From positions 2,737,308 through 2,801,307 of the forward strand of contig MU061578.1 in the NCBI GenBank assembly GCA_013265495.1: 64,000 bases of DNA, written 5' to 3'. A program made the translations under genes and the position numbers. Below, piece after piece: positions 1 to 10,628 of the stretch (position 1 is the stretch's first letter; the number at the start of each line of letters is the position of its first letter). This stretch comes from Vicugna vicugna. Its lineage: Eukaryota. The notes beneath the pieces are model-generated. The model saw nothing but the letters and a program-made list of their open reading frames with translations. It had not been told where the DNA came from and ran no database searches.

Positions 1-507
1 AAGGAAGAGACAAGACAAAATGCAAAACCAAATGGAAACTCTTCCTTTGATGATTGGTTCTGAACAGTAGATTCTGTACAAAACCCAACAGTCAGGCTTT
101 GCCCTAAGAAGTACCAACTCTTGTTTTAAAGAAGCACTTAAGAATAATAGCCACACTGATGCAACACTACACTAAGGAAGAATAATGCACCTAATAAAAC
201 TAGCGATTTTCCGATTGCTAATGCTACCGGAAACACTGATTATGCTAATTAAAGGGTAGAATAGTAAATACCCACTCTTTTGCACCCAATTAAGTGCTCA
301 GATTGCCTCTCAGAAGTGTTTGTTGAAAACAGCACTTTTGATTATCATAGGTCCCAAATAAACAGAGTCAAGTGAGTGTGTGTGCGTGCACATCACATAC
401 ACATTTCTCTTTGGAGCTCATTTCACAAAGCAGCGTAAATCCTAAAACTCCTACGGGACCAAGCAAAAAGAATCATGGTTTCCTAAGACTACAGCTTTGG
501 AATATCT

Positions 508-687
508 TTCTCATCTTTCATTTACTTTATTATTTTATTTTTATTTTTTGTTGGGGGGTAGGTAGTTAGCTTTTATTATTTATGTATTTATGTATTTATG
601 TAGTTATTTAATGGCGGTACTGGGGATTGAACCCAGGACTTTGTACATGCTAACCATGCACTCTGTCACTGAGCTATACCCTACCCC
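508..687 (-). mobile_element. tRNA-Ala-derived camelid-type SINE (vic-1-like)
   Basis: Reverse complement GGGGTAGGGTATAGCTCAGTG...GGTTCAATCCCCAGTACC plus A-rich tail; imperfect TSD cagctt(t)gg(a/g)atatct at 492-507 and 688-702. Confidence 0.88.
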
Positions 688-1474
688 CAGCTTGGGATAT
701 CTGTAAGGAAAGTGCGTGTGTTAAGAACACAGCATGAGAAAACAGTTTCAAGTTGGGAACATCTGAGATTTAACATGTAAACAGCAGGATATGCAGGGCT
801 GCCTAAGTCCCTCACAATGTCATTGTCAGCTTATTCTAAATAATAAAATAGCCAAACTATGTTCTACACAATGTTAGAAATTTCATCCTTCCAGTCAATT
901 CCATACTTCAGAGTAAAGCCAATTTATATGTAAGTTAAACAAAGTACCATCATTAAAAGCTAAGAATTAGGTCTAATGCCAATCAGAAATGCAATAAATA
1001 AATATTAGAGGATTTGCAAGTTAAAGCAACCATAGAAATTCTATTATCAGAAAGGAAAATGTGTTACCTGTAGAGGGTACAAATAAGATGATAGAACCGA
1101 AAAGAGAAAACATTTCTGTAAGTATTTCCATAAGTTAACCAAGAGTGAGAATAGGATGGGTTTTGCACCCCTAAAAGGAGATATGATTCATGCATTCATT
1201 CAACACGCATTTAATCAGCCATCAGCACTGACTCTGAGCCAGGCCTGTTCTAGGTCCCAGGAAAAGTGCAGTCAACAAGATCAACACAGCTCACCTTCTA
1301 GAGGAGGGAACTAGATAGTAAAAAAGTAAGCAAATTAAGATAATTTTAGATTAGGAAAAGTGCTTTGGAGAAAATAAAACAGGATCACACAATAGAAAAT
1401 GAATGCTTGAGGGCAGAAGGGACAGTATTTCACCTATAGCTGTGGACAGCAGAGCTTCTGGAATCTTGCAAAGT

Positions 1475-1911
1475 ATTTCTTAGGTCAAGCTTCCTAAAAG
1501 CAGAGCCTGAGGCAGGGATGCGGTGCATGTAATGTACTGAGGGAGAGCTCTCAGGAGATGGGAAAACTGACAGGGCAGGAGAAAGCGCTAAGTGAGACGA
1601 GACCCCATATGGAGACCAGCATCAGCCTGATTCCATGGGAAAATCTGGTGCATGAATTGCACCCCCACGTTACACCACCCTGAGGCCAGGGAGCTGGCTT
1701 TTTGTCCTCCTGTCAATCACTGGCCATGGGCTGCTGGGGATAGAGCAGTACAGGATACCTGCCCAGGTGAGGCAGGACTTGACCATGTGGCAAGGGAATT
1801 CTCCATAACATGGGGCAGCTGAGAGACATTAGCAGGCACCCTCAGAGAAATGGGTATGAGTGCACTGGCCCAGTAAAGGGATCTGGGTAGGGCACCAACA
1901 GCATCCCCTAC
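1475..1911. mobile_element. MaLR LTR (MLT1J-like)
   Basis: agcagagcctgaggcaggga...gggatctggg..gggcaccaacagcatc. Confidence 0.6.
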
Positions 1912-4260
1912 AACTTGAAATTCCTTTCCTGTTTCTCTTTCTCTCAAATGGTACATGGGAAGTTTTAGTATTACACCTGGTTATACTTTTCTGCTCATTT
2001 GTAGGCCAGATAGATACCCACAACCCAGGTGCCATTATCCCACAATTCTTCTCCATAATTTATTCTCCGTACCAGATCGCACCATTGCACCAGCACCCTC
2101 TCTTAGTTCTACTAAAATTAATGAACTTTAGAGTGTTTTTCAGAATACCTACATCTTAGATGATACAAGAAGTGTCACAGAATAGCTCTCAAGTTAATAG
2201 CTGAGATGAAGGGAAGTACTTGCTCCCCAGATAAGCAGGTCAGTCATCCATGAAACCAGAAATCTATCGAATGCTTACTCTGTGCCAGGTCCTGGTTGAG
2301 TTGCCACTTTACAACAACAGAAACTATTTAGTGGGATGTGTCCACCTTATTGTTAACTCGTTGGTGAGTGCCCATAAAATTATTCTCTTTCCTAACAATT
2401 TTACCAAGCTTTGTCAAAAACCACCTTTCTCTTGGGGAACAAATCACTTAATATTTTCATGACTTTGAAATCACATATATTGTTAAAACAGGCTCCTTTT
2501 CAGTCTGAAGACTCAGGTCTGCTCACGGTAAAACCTTCATCTTATATCCAAGTCAAAGCCCTGCTACTCAGCATGCTCCCTACCCTCACCACAGACCCTG
2601 GAGCAGAAGGAATATGACATGGTCTACTCTCTCAGGTCCCCCACCCCTCTTTCCCTGGTTTACTCACTGGAGACAAGGAGAGGAAAGAGACGGCAACTCC
2701 TCTTATGACAGCTTGCAGGGAGGTCGTGGCCCTTTTCCTGTTGGCTGTAATCTACTGCCCTGCCTCATTGCCTATGGCGGGACATAGAGGGTGAAAGTCA
2801 CTGGGCTCCACTGACAAGGGTCTCAGGGTCAAGCAGCAACCCCCAGCCCTGCCTGGGCCTTACAAGACTCAGCCACATTTCATGGCTGACCCACCCCATT
2901 CCTCTGATGTAAGGAATCCCATCCCCCCTGTTGCAGCTGTTTCTGCCATGAATGGAGCCCCCAGTCTCACCATCCTTCTACAGACCCCAACCTTGAGGTC
3001 TACAGGCACATTTCAGACACACCTTCAGTGCCCCTCCAGAGACAGAAACTAGAGGAAATCATCATTGCCCCCTCTTCGCCTGACCATGCCGTCCAGCCCC
3101 AATGCTCTTTGTTCCTCTCCAGGAAAAATAAAAGCTAAGCTCACTGAACACTTCCTAATGTGCTCTACATGCATTTAATCCTCAAAACCACCCCACAGGG
3201 TGGCATTAACATCTCCATCTGACAAATGAGGAAACTGATGTGGAGAGCATCCAAGTAGGAGAGAAAAGATAAACCCAGGCAATCCAGCATCAGGCACACC
3301 TTTAACAGCCCTTTGTCCGCCTCTGGTTGGGTCGTCAAGCCCAGTGTCTGGGCAGATATCTGCACAGGGAGTAAGATGACAGTCTCCCCTTATTGCAAAC
3401 ACCCCTGAGGTTTATAAGCATTAGAGACAGGAACCAGTTGGGCAGATTCTCCCCTCTCCAACAGCCCCAGAGGAAGTCCCCAGATCTCATCTCATTGGCT
3501 CTGACTGGGACATGGATCCAAGGCTGAACCAACTGCTGTGGCCAACAGATACAGTATCTCCTGACTGGCCAGGCCAGAGCCACAGCCCATCTGTGAAGTC
3601 TGACATGGAGCCAGCACATCCCAAACCAGGCAAGGAGTAAGAGCAGGGAGGAGAGCTCCAGGGGAAGTCAGGTGCTCTGAACCAGCAGACTGGGGAGTGG
3701 GTGCTGACAGGCAAATATTTTAACGGTCCATTGCACACATCGGGGAAGGCCTGTGGGTGGCTAGTTATGTCTAGAGGCCAAAACACGGTGCCCAACACTT
3801 TATCTTAAAGTTACCTGGATTAGTCCTCACAAAAATCCCATCATCAACTTTTTGGCATTTTACAGGTAGAAATAGTGAAGCACTAAGAGATTAAAGAACT
3901 CACTCACCATCGCCAACTAAGAAAGTGCCATTTTTCCTCCATTCTAAGGAATCTTTTTTTTCATTTTGCCGTCCCAGAAGTTGGAATGCATCTTCGAATT
4001 GCTGGAGTGTTGTGGTTACATTGGCAGCATTTTTCTTCATAGGAGCCCATAAAATAACGGCACGTCTCACAGCTAATGGTGTTTTAGAGTCCATAAGATC
4101 CTGGTGACACCAGGAATGAAGCCCAATCCTATCTGACTCCAAAGCCCACATGTTTCCTATGCCTCTGGACTAGGACAGGGATGCTGACATGTTGGGCTTT
4201 GCACATTATGAGAAAGACATGAGAAATGACCCTGATGGGATTTTCTTCTTGCCCTTGCAG

Positions 4261-4887
4261 GGAAGGAAAACAGCGTCATTCCACTATCCTGGGGGAGGCG
4301 CCACGTACAAAGGGGAGGCCGTCCAGCGGTCCCTGGTGGAGTCATACACCCACCCGAACAGCAACGAGACAGAGTGGAGGGAGAACACTGATATCGTCAT
4401 GAACTGGTTCACCAAGGAAGACTTCGACTTCGTGACTCTGTACTACGGAGAGCCAGATAGTGTGGGACACCGCTATGGGCCTGAGACAGAGAACAGGAGG
4501 GTGATGATTCAGCAAATTGACAGGACCATTGGGTACCTGGTGGAAGCCATTGAGAGGTACGGCTTGACAGAGCACCTCAACGTCATCATCACATCAGATC
4601 ATGGCATGACCACCGTGAAAAAGAAGCCCAATGTCACTGAGATCCTCCTGACCAACTACATCAGTTTCCAGGACTTGGTCAAGTTTGATATCGTGGACTA
4701 CGGCGGTTTTGGGATGCTCCTGCCCAAACCAGGGCAAGAGGAAGTGATGTACCAAGCACTGAAGAATGCACACCCTCACCTCAATGTCTACAAGAAGGAG
4801 GAATTTCCGAAACACTTCCATTTTGCCAAACACGAGCGGGTCCTGCCAATTGTGATGTACGGTGACTCTGGTTATAGCATCAGTGGG
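4261..4887 (+). CDS. ENPP7-like large catalytic exon (627 bp)
   Basis: cttgcag|GGA...GGG|gtaagt; contains EPDSVGH and SDHG metal-ligand motifs. Confidence 0.93.
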
Positions 4888-7800
4888 GTAAGTAGACTCT
4901 AGAATGAGTACCAACAATCTTGGATCTGGGAAGCAGCCACTAGGGAAGGACAGGTCTGAAAAAAAATCAAAACATAAGTGTATGCATGATGAATTGTAAC
5001 CCGGGGCTTTCTAAGTGTTCCTCACCCCCCACCCCACATCCCACCCAAACAACCCTGCCCCAAGTTACCATTATGCAATGATAATGACAAACATCCCTCA
5101 CCAACGTTAAATGTCCAAAGCTGCGTTAAAAATTCAATATGAGTTACTTCATTTTTTATTCCCAACAACTCTAAAGATAGATGCTCTTATCTCTCCATTT
5201 TAACAAGGAAGAAACAAAAGCTAGAGAGAAGTTATTTGGGATTAGAAGTATAAGGCCTATGTGTTTGATCATTATGCACAGATCACCAGAAGATTCATCC
5301 AAAAAAACATCTGCTAGTTCCCATTTGCATATATCAAAAATAGGCAAATTCTGTTCACAGAAAAATTTATGCACAAATATTCATAGCAGCATTACCAAAT
5401 GCCCATCAACTGATGAGTGGATAAACAAAATAGTCTATCCATACAATGAAATATTATGTAGCCATTAAAAGAAACAAAATACTGATACATGTTACAGACT
5501 GAATGAACCTTGAGAACATGATGCTCAGTGAAAGAAGTCAGATACAAAAGACCACATACTGTATGATTCCATCTAAATGGGATGTCCAGAATACGCAAAT
5601 CTATAGAGAAAAAGCGTTGGTGGTTGTCTAGGGCCAGGGGAAGTTAGGGGAAATGGGAGGTAACTGTTGAAGGGTACAAGCTTTCTTTTTGGGGTGATGG
5701 TAATGTTCTAAAATTGATTGTGATGATAGTTTCACAACTCTGTGAATACACTAAAAAATCACTGAATTGTATACTTTAAATGGCATTGTGTGGTAGATGA
5801 ATTACATCTCAACAAAGCTATTATGAAAAAAATAAGCAAACCTAAAGAAGAAAATATCAAAATCAATGTTAATTGTGAGACATAAGTGAAGTGTTGCTGT
5901 TGTTATTTTGTTTTGTTTTTTTCGTTTAACTACCAACCAACAATTCATGGGAGAACAAAGTTTAGGTGATGTTTAAACATCACATGACAAAAGACCATCT
6001 CAGTTAAATCTTGAAGAATCCTTGTCTAAGGCTGTGGACAGAAGCCAAACATATTTATGTTTGCAATCTGTATACTCTTAGTTTGCTACAAGTCCAGAGT
6101 ATAACAGGTATGGGAAAACTCATAAGGTAATTGTTTAATGTTGGTGGAAACATTCACAATAAAATGCAGCACTTTATTGGTATTTTGGAATCCCTCAAGT
6201 GGCACGGAGCTAAAGCCTTACCAAGGAGAGATTCCACAGTCACTGGCCTCTGTAAACCTGGTTCATGACGTAACATGTTGGGAGGCATGTGAAGACATTT
6301 AATGGAACAGTCACATTCCCAACGTGACCAACTAGGTAGCCTGAGGGATAGGATGCTGTGATCAGTTTAATCTGGCAAACGGACTGTTAGGCAGAAAATC
6401 CTCTGGGTCTCAACGCTCTCATGGAGTCCACTTCTCTGATTCCCTCTCACCTGCCTGCCTTGATATGCAGAGCAGAATGGGCATAACTCTTCTCTTCAGG
6501 AGTGAGGAGCTTGCAAAACTCATAAGGCCATCATCACTGGGCACTTGTTCTTAAAGGGCTGCCTCATGGCCTTAAAGGCCGTGGGACTGGTTGTTTAGCC
6601 TGAACTGAACATACAGATCCTTTCTATATTTACCAAGCCAAATATGAGACCAACTTTTCATATACAATGTCTTACATGCCAGAATATCTGTTGTTCCTAA
6701 AAAATATATAAACAGTGCTGTGACTGATACAACCTCATCATTTGAAAAGGGGGATAGACAAAAACCTACTTGGCATTCATTAAACAGTTACCTACAGTCC
6801 TAACTCCCTCTTCTCTAATCCCTCTCCTCAAAAAAAAAAGTATATATACAATTTTGTGTCATAAAAAACATACCTAGCTCTAGAACCAGACAATCTGGGT
6901 TCAGATACCTGCTCCAACACTGGCTACTTCATGAGTCAGAGCAGTTTCCTCATCTGTAAAGTGGGGATGATAATGATAGTACCCTCACTTTACAAAGCAT
7001 TCAGAGCGATTCATGGTTCACAGTAAGCCCTCTATGTTTGAGCCTATTATGATTATATTATTATCTTCTTGTTGTTTCTAATGGGCATGCTTTCTTTATT
7101 CCCTTCCTTAAAGTCTTTCATTCCTTCCCTCTGCTACTGCAAAAAGCAGTCTTTCCTTGTCACTTAAGTTTTCAAAAGTTTCCTAGATCCAACAAGCATA
7201 ACATTAACTACAGAACAGTTTTTTCCGGGGATTGGAATCTAAAATTGCTGGGTTTTTTTTTTTTCAGCAACTTATATTATATTTTAACAAAGGAGATCAT
7301 GGCTTTGACAATGTCTATATGGACATGAAGACCATATTCAGAGCTTTTGGGCCAGATTTCAAGAAGAATCACCTGGCTGAGCCTTTTGACAGCATCCACA
7401 TCTACCCCCTCATGTGTAAGCTCCTGCGGGTTACCCCTGAGCCCCACAATGGCTCCCTGGCAGTCACCCAGGAAATGCTTGTGGACACTTACGACCAGCA
7501 GTCAGGTGAGATACAAAAGCAACCGCCAGAAGATTGGCAGTGTGGTCTGTTCTGTCCTGAGATAGAAAAGATTCAAAAAGGGGTTTCTTGAATGGGGGAA
7601 AAGTCAAGCAGAATAGTCCTGTTTCCTGCCAGCTTCAGTGCTCCCCAGTACATTATCAGCAGCTCTGAACAGGTAGCAGAGACATGGAGCCCTCCATGTG
7701 TTAGTGACATTTTATATCAGTGCCTTTGGGGCAAAAGGAAAGTTCTCCATAGAAAAAGTCAAGTGATAATCCCTTTGAGCCTCAAAAATTGTGTGTAGTT

Positions 7801-9963
7801 CTGCCCCCAGATGCCCCTTGTAGATTCCAAAAAGCAACCCTCTTTCAGCAACTCTGTGCATGCTGGTTCCTGGAGGAAAGCTGCTCACAGTGGAGGAGCG
7901 AAGCCTGAGCCCTCCACTCATGGCTGGAAAAGGGAGCAGGGGTTCCTGTAAATGAGGTTGCTAATTCTTAAAACTTCAAAATCCTAAATCTGGGTGATAT
8001 AAAGGAAGAAAGAAAGCATCTCTGGGAATTCAGTTGTTTACAAACACTGAAAAGGCAGCTTTTCTTCTGCCAGGAGAGACTTAGACACTGCCTGCTGATT
8101 TATCACATGCTTAGAGCAACCACACTCAGTTGAAATGGAGTACAAAGAACAGCTTCCTGCACCCTTTTCCCTTCTTCCAAGCCACTGCCCACAATCTTCT
8201 TGTGAATTTACAGGAAGCAGGCTGTTTTACAGAAAATGAAGTAAATGAATGAGAGTCCCCTAAATTATTGAGAATTTTTTTTTAAGTTTTAGAGTTTTGC
8301 TACAACTATTTGGCCCCTACCCCTGTCCTGCAGCCCACTGGGAGCCTGGGGTGAGGTGTGTTTGACCATCAGTTATTGATAAGCAAGACATCCCACCAAC
8401 TGATTCTCAGCTAACTGGCTTTTAGCAAATTGGTCATTTGGCAAAGTGGTCATTAGGCAAATGGGTCATTTGGTGAATAGGTCGTTTAGTAAATCGGCTT
8501 TCAACGACTTGCCCTATGAGATTTCTCTACAGTGAGCACTTTCTTGGGTTAAATGTATGTTTCGTTTCCATAATTAATATTCACTAGCGCCTGGATGGGA
8601 AACATCCCAGGGACCCAGGAGCAGCCTCTTGATAATCATATCATTTAAAACTGTCTGATTTTTTTTAACAGGAGCAAAGATGCAGAGAGCATCTGCTTTC
8701 CACAACACAGCGACTGCTCTCAGTGTTGTCACAGGAGTTCTTGCAGTTCTGTTTGTTGCTGGTGTGACATTCACAGTCATTAGTCGGAAAAAGTGAGTAG
8801 TCTAGAGGGTTGTTTGTGGTTAATCAGTGCACATTGCAACTATCCATTTCAATCACTTCCTGAGTGCCTCAGGAGTCCAGCACTTTGAGAACGGAGCAGC
8901 CTGGGCCAGCTTCATGGGCTTGCAACCTCGGCCGTTGTACTGGGCCCAGGGCTCAGATAAGTCCCCGGTTTGGTTTGATCTACAAAATCTTGAATTTTTT
9001 AACAAACACATTTTCATCTTACACTGAACCCCCAAAATTACGTTCTAGTTGCATTAAATTCCTAGCACTGAAATAACAAAGTACCACACACTGGATAGCT
9101 TAAAACAACAGAAATTTGTGGTCTCACAGAACTGCAAGCTAGAAGTCTGTAAGATCAAACTATCTGCAGGGCTACGAACCCTCTGAAATCTGTAGGGGGC
9201 GGAATCCTTTCTTCCTCTAGCTTCTGGTGTTTGCCAGCAATCCTTGGCATTCCTCGACTTGTAGACATAATCTCTACCTCCACTGTCACACAGCCGACTT
9301 CTCCCTGTGTCTCCATTTTCACATGATGTTCTCTCCTCTTATAAGGACACCAGTCATGGGATTTAGGGCCCCCTGTAATCCAGCCTGACCTCTGCCTAAC
9401 TTAATTATATCTGCAGAGACCCTATTTCCAAAGAAGGTCACATTCCTAAGTGCCAGGTGTCAAGACTTCCAACATCTCCTTTTGGGGGACATAATTCAAC
9501 CCATAACACTGGCCCTGCCACCAACCAAAGCATTATATGGCCCTGGTATACCTCTTTCTACTTCTTCATAGTTATATCATGAGACTGAGCCTCCTTATCC
9601 CTTATTACACCCAATCCTGACCATTCTTCTACTTTCACAGAGCTCCTGTCTCAACAGCACAAGGGCCTCCTGAACACTATAAACTGCCCAAGGAAAGTCA
9701 GAACTTTACTTAATTTTATCTCCATTACAAAGCCCATGTTTAGCATAATTTATATTTAAACTACAAAATTTTCCTGTAAGTTGAAACATGACCTATAAAG
9801 GTCTCTACACCCCGAAGCAACATTTTAGAAAGAAATCAATTGGTCCTTTTCTATAGAAACCATTAGCCATAGGAGAGATAAAGGAAAAACTTCAATATAC
9901 TGACTGAAAGGCCATGCCCACAGCATAATTTCTAAAAGGCAAACATTCCATACAGTTAAAATG

Positions 9964-10010
<47 letters not shown>

Positions 10011-10628
10011 GCCTCAAATCCAGAAATTGAATCTTTACTATAACATGTGCACATAACATCTCCTCTGCACTGGCAGGACTGCTCTGATACATCCTAATGC
10101 TTCTTTCCACATCACCACCACCTGGAATTTTCACTTTTTATGTTAAACAGCAGTCCTAATCTTCACTTACACCTGAACACACCACACCTGTGAGGCCCAT
10201 GGGCCATTACAAATCCCTTCAGTGCCTTGATCTTTCCAGGTTCAGATCTGAGGTATGACTTTATGATCTTTGTCCCTCCCAAGAGCCCATACATGAAGAT
10301 AACGGTATCTTCTGTGTGCAGGTCAGTGATGTGGCCCACTCAGGGTCCTTGCCCAATCTGCTTCCTGTCTGTGGCATCTGGGAGGCTGGACCAGCCTAGG
10401 TCTATTCCTGTCTTAGTATAACATCATGCAGTATCACTGATTCTGGTGTTGACTGCATGCCCTTTTGCTCCTCAGAGGAAAGGTAATTAATAGCTATTAT
10501 GTGTGTTAACAGAAAGCTCGGTATTTATGAAATTAACTGACCAGTTCCCACTGGCTGTCACTGTCTACTGCAGGCAGAGAGCTGATCAAAACAGCAGAAG
10601 TGAACCAGTACGCCTGACTGAGCTCTGA
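4261..10628 (+). CDS. ENPP7-like ectonucleotide pyrophosphatase/phosphodiesterase (alkaline sphingomyelinase paralogue), 3' part; exons 4261-4887, 7268-7505, 8672-8792 (or to TGA at 8796), putative 10574-10628
   Basis: Spliced exons are open, in frame, with AG/GT sites. Translation resembles ENPP7 (NETEWRENTDIVMNWFTKEDFDFVTLYYGEPDSVGHRYGP; IITSDHGMT; GDHGFDN..MDMKTIFRAFGP; EPFDSIHIYPLMC) but is clearly divergent. Neighbours are EEF2KMT/ALG1, so this is not the ENPP7 locus. Exons 1-2 are not in the window. Confidence 0.88.
5358..5832 (+). mobile_element. Old L1M (L1MB-like) 3' end
   Basis: aaatgcccatcaactgatgagtggataaacaaaa...ggggtgatgg.aatgttctaaaattg. Confidence 0.82.
7268..7505 (+). CDS. 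ENPP7-like exon (GDHGFDN motif)
   Basis: ttttcag|CAA...TCA G|gtgaga; QLILYFNKGDHGFDNVYMDMKTIFRAFGP. Confidence 0.92.
8416..8510. repeat. Degenerate 16-bp tandem array (6 units)
   Basis: tggtcatttggcaaag / tggtcattaggcaaat / gggtcatttggtgaat / aggtcgtttagtaaat. Confidence 0.8.
8672..8796 (+). CDS. ENPP7-like transmembrane-anchor exon
   Basis: ttttttaacag acceptor; the phase-1 junction reads GAKMQRASAFHNTATALSVVTGVLAVLFVAGVTFTVISRKK. The TGA overlaps a consensus GTGAGT donor at 8793. Confidence 0.75.
9050..9508. mobile_element. MaLR LTR (MLT1B/C-like)
   Basis: taacaaagtaccaca...gcttaaaacaacagaaatt...ataattcaacccataaca. Confidence 0.8.
9965..10009. repeat. (ATT)15 microsatellite
   Basis: Perfect trinucleotide run. 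Confidence 0.97.
10574..10628 (+). CDS. Putative ENPP7-like terminal exon (cytoplasmic tail ...QRADQNSRSEPVRLTEL*)
   Basis: ctgtctactgcag acceptor, phase matches the 8792 donor, AATAAA downstream at 10787 and 10857. Confidence 0.5.

Larger units (their letters stand above)
115..6826 (-). pseudogene. Decayed multi-exon protein-coding gene antisense to the ENPP7-like gene; exons 6770-6826, 6676-6696, 6451-6599, 6222-6340, 5934-6085, 5148-5350, 3908-4100, 2405-2504, 1977-2111, 1068-1170, 401-505, 115-171
   Basis: Segments are flanked by minus-strand AG acceptors and GT donors. The last six splice to 231 codons in one frame with only 3 stops. Upstream exons carry further stops and about 2 frameshifts. 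Product not identified. Confidence 0.65.

Noticed and set aside
466..505. VVLGNHD metallophosphoesterase-like motif in another minus-strand frame
   Set aside because: That frame has more stops than the preferred spliced frame and no other MPP motifs were seen; likely chance, though the relic's frame is not certain.
4189..4260. N-terminal extension of the 237-aa ORF as a real start
   Set aside because: Intronic: a pyrimidine tract and CAG acceptor end at 4260, and NPP homology starts at 4261.
4261..8796. Naming the gene ENPP7
   Set aside because: Sequence is divergent, the C-terminus differs and the neighbourhood is not that of ENPP7; treated as a paralogue with no symbol.
9892..10009. Poly-Ile ORF segment
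   Set aside because: Translation of the (ATT)15 microsatellite.
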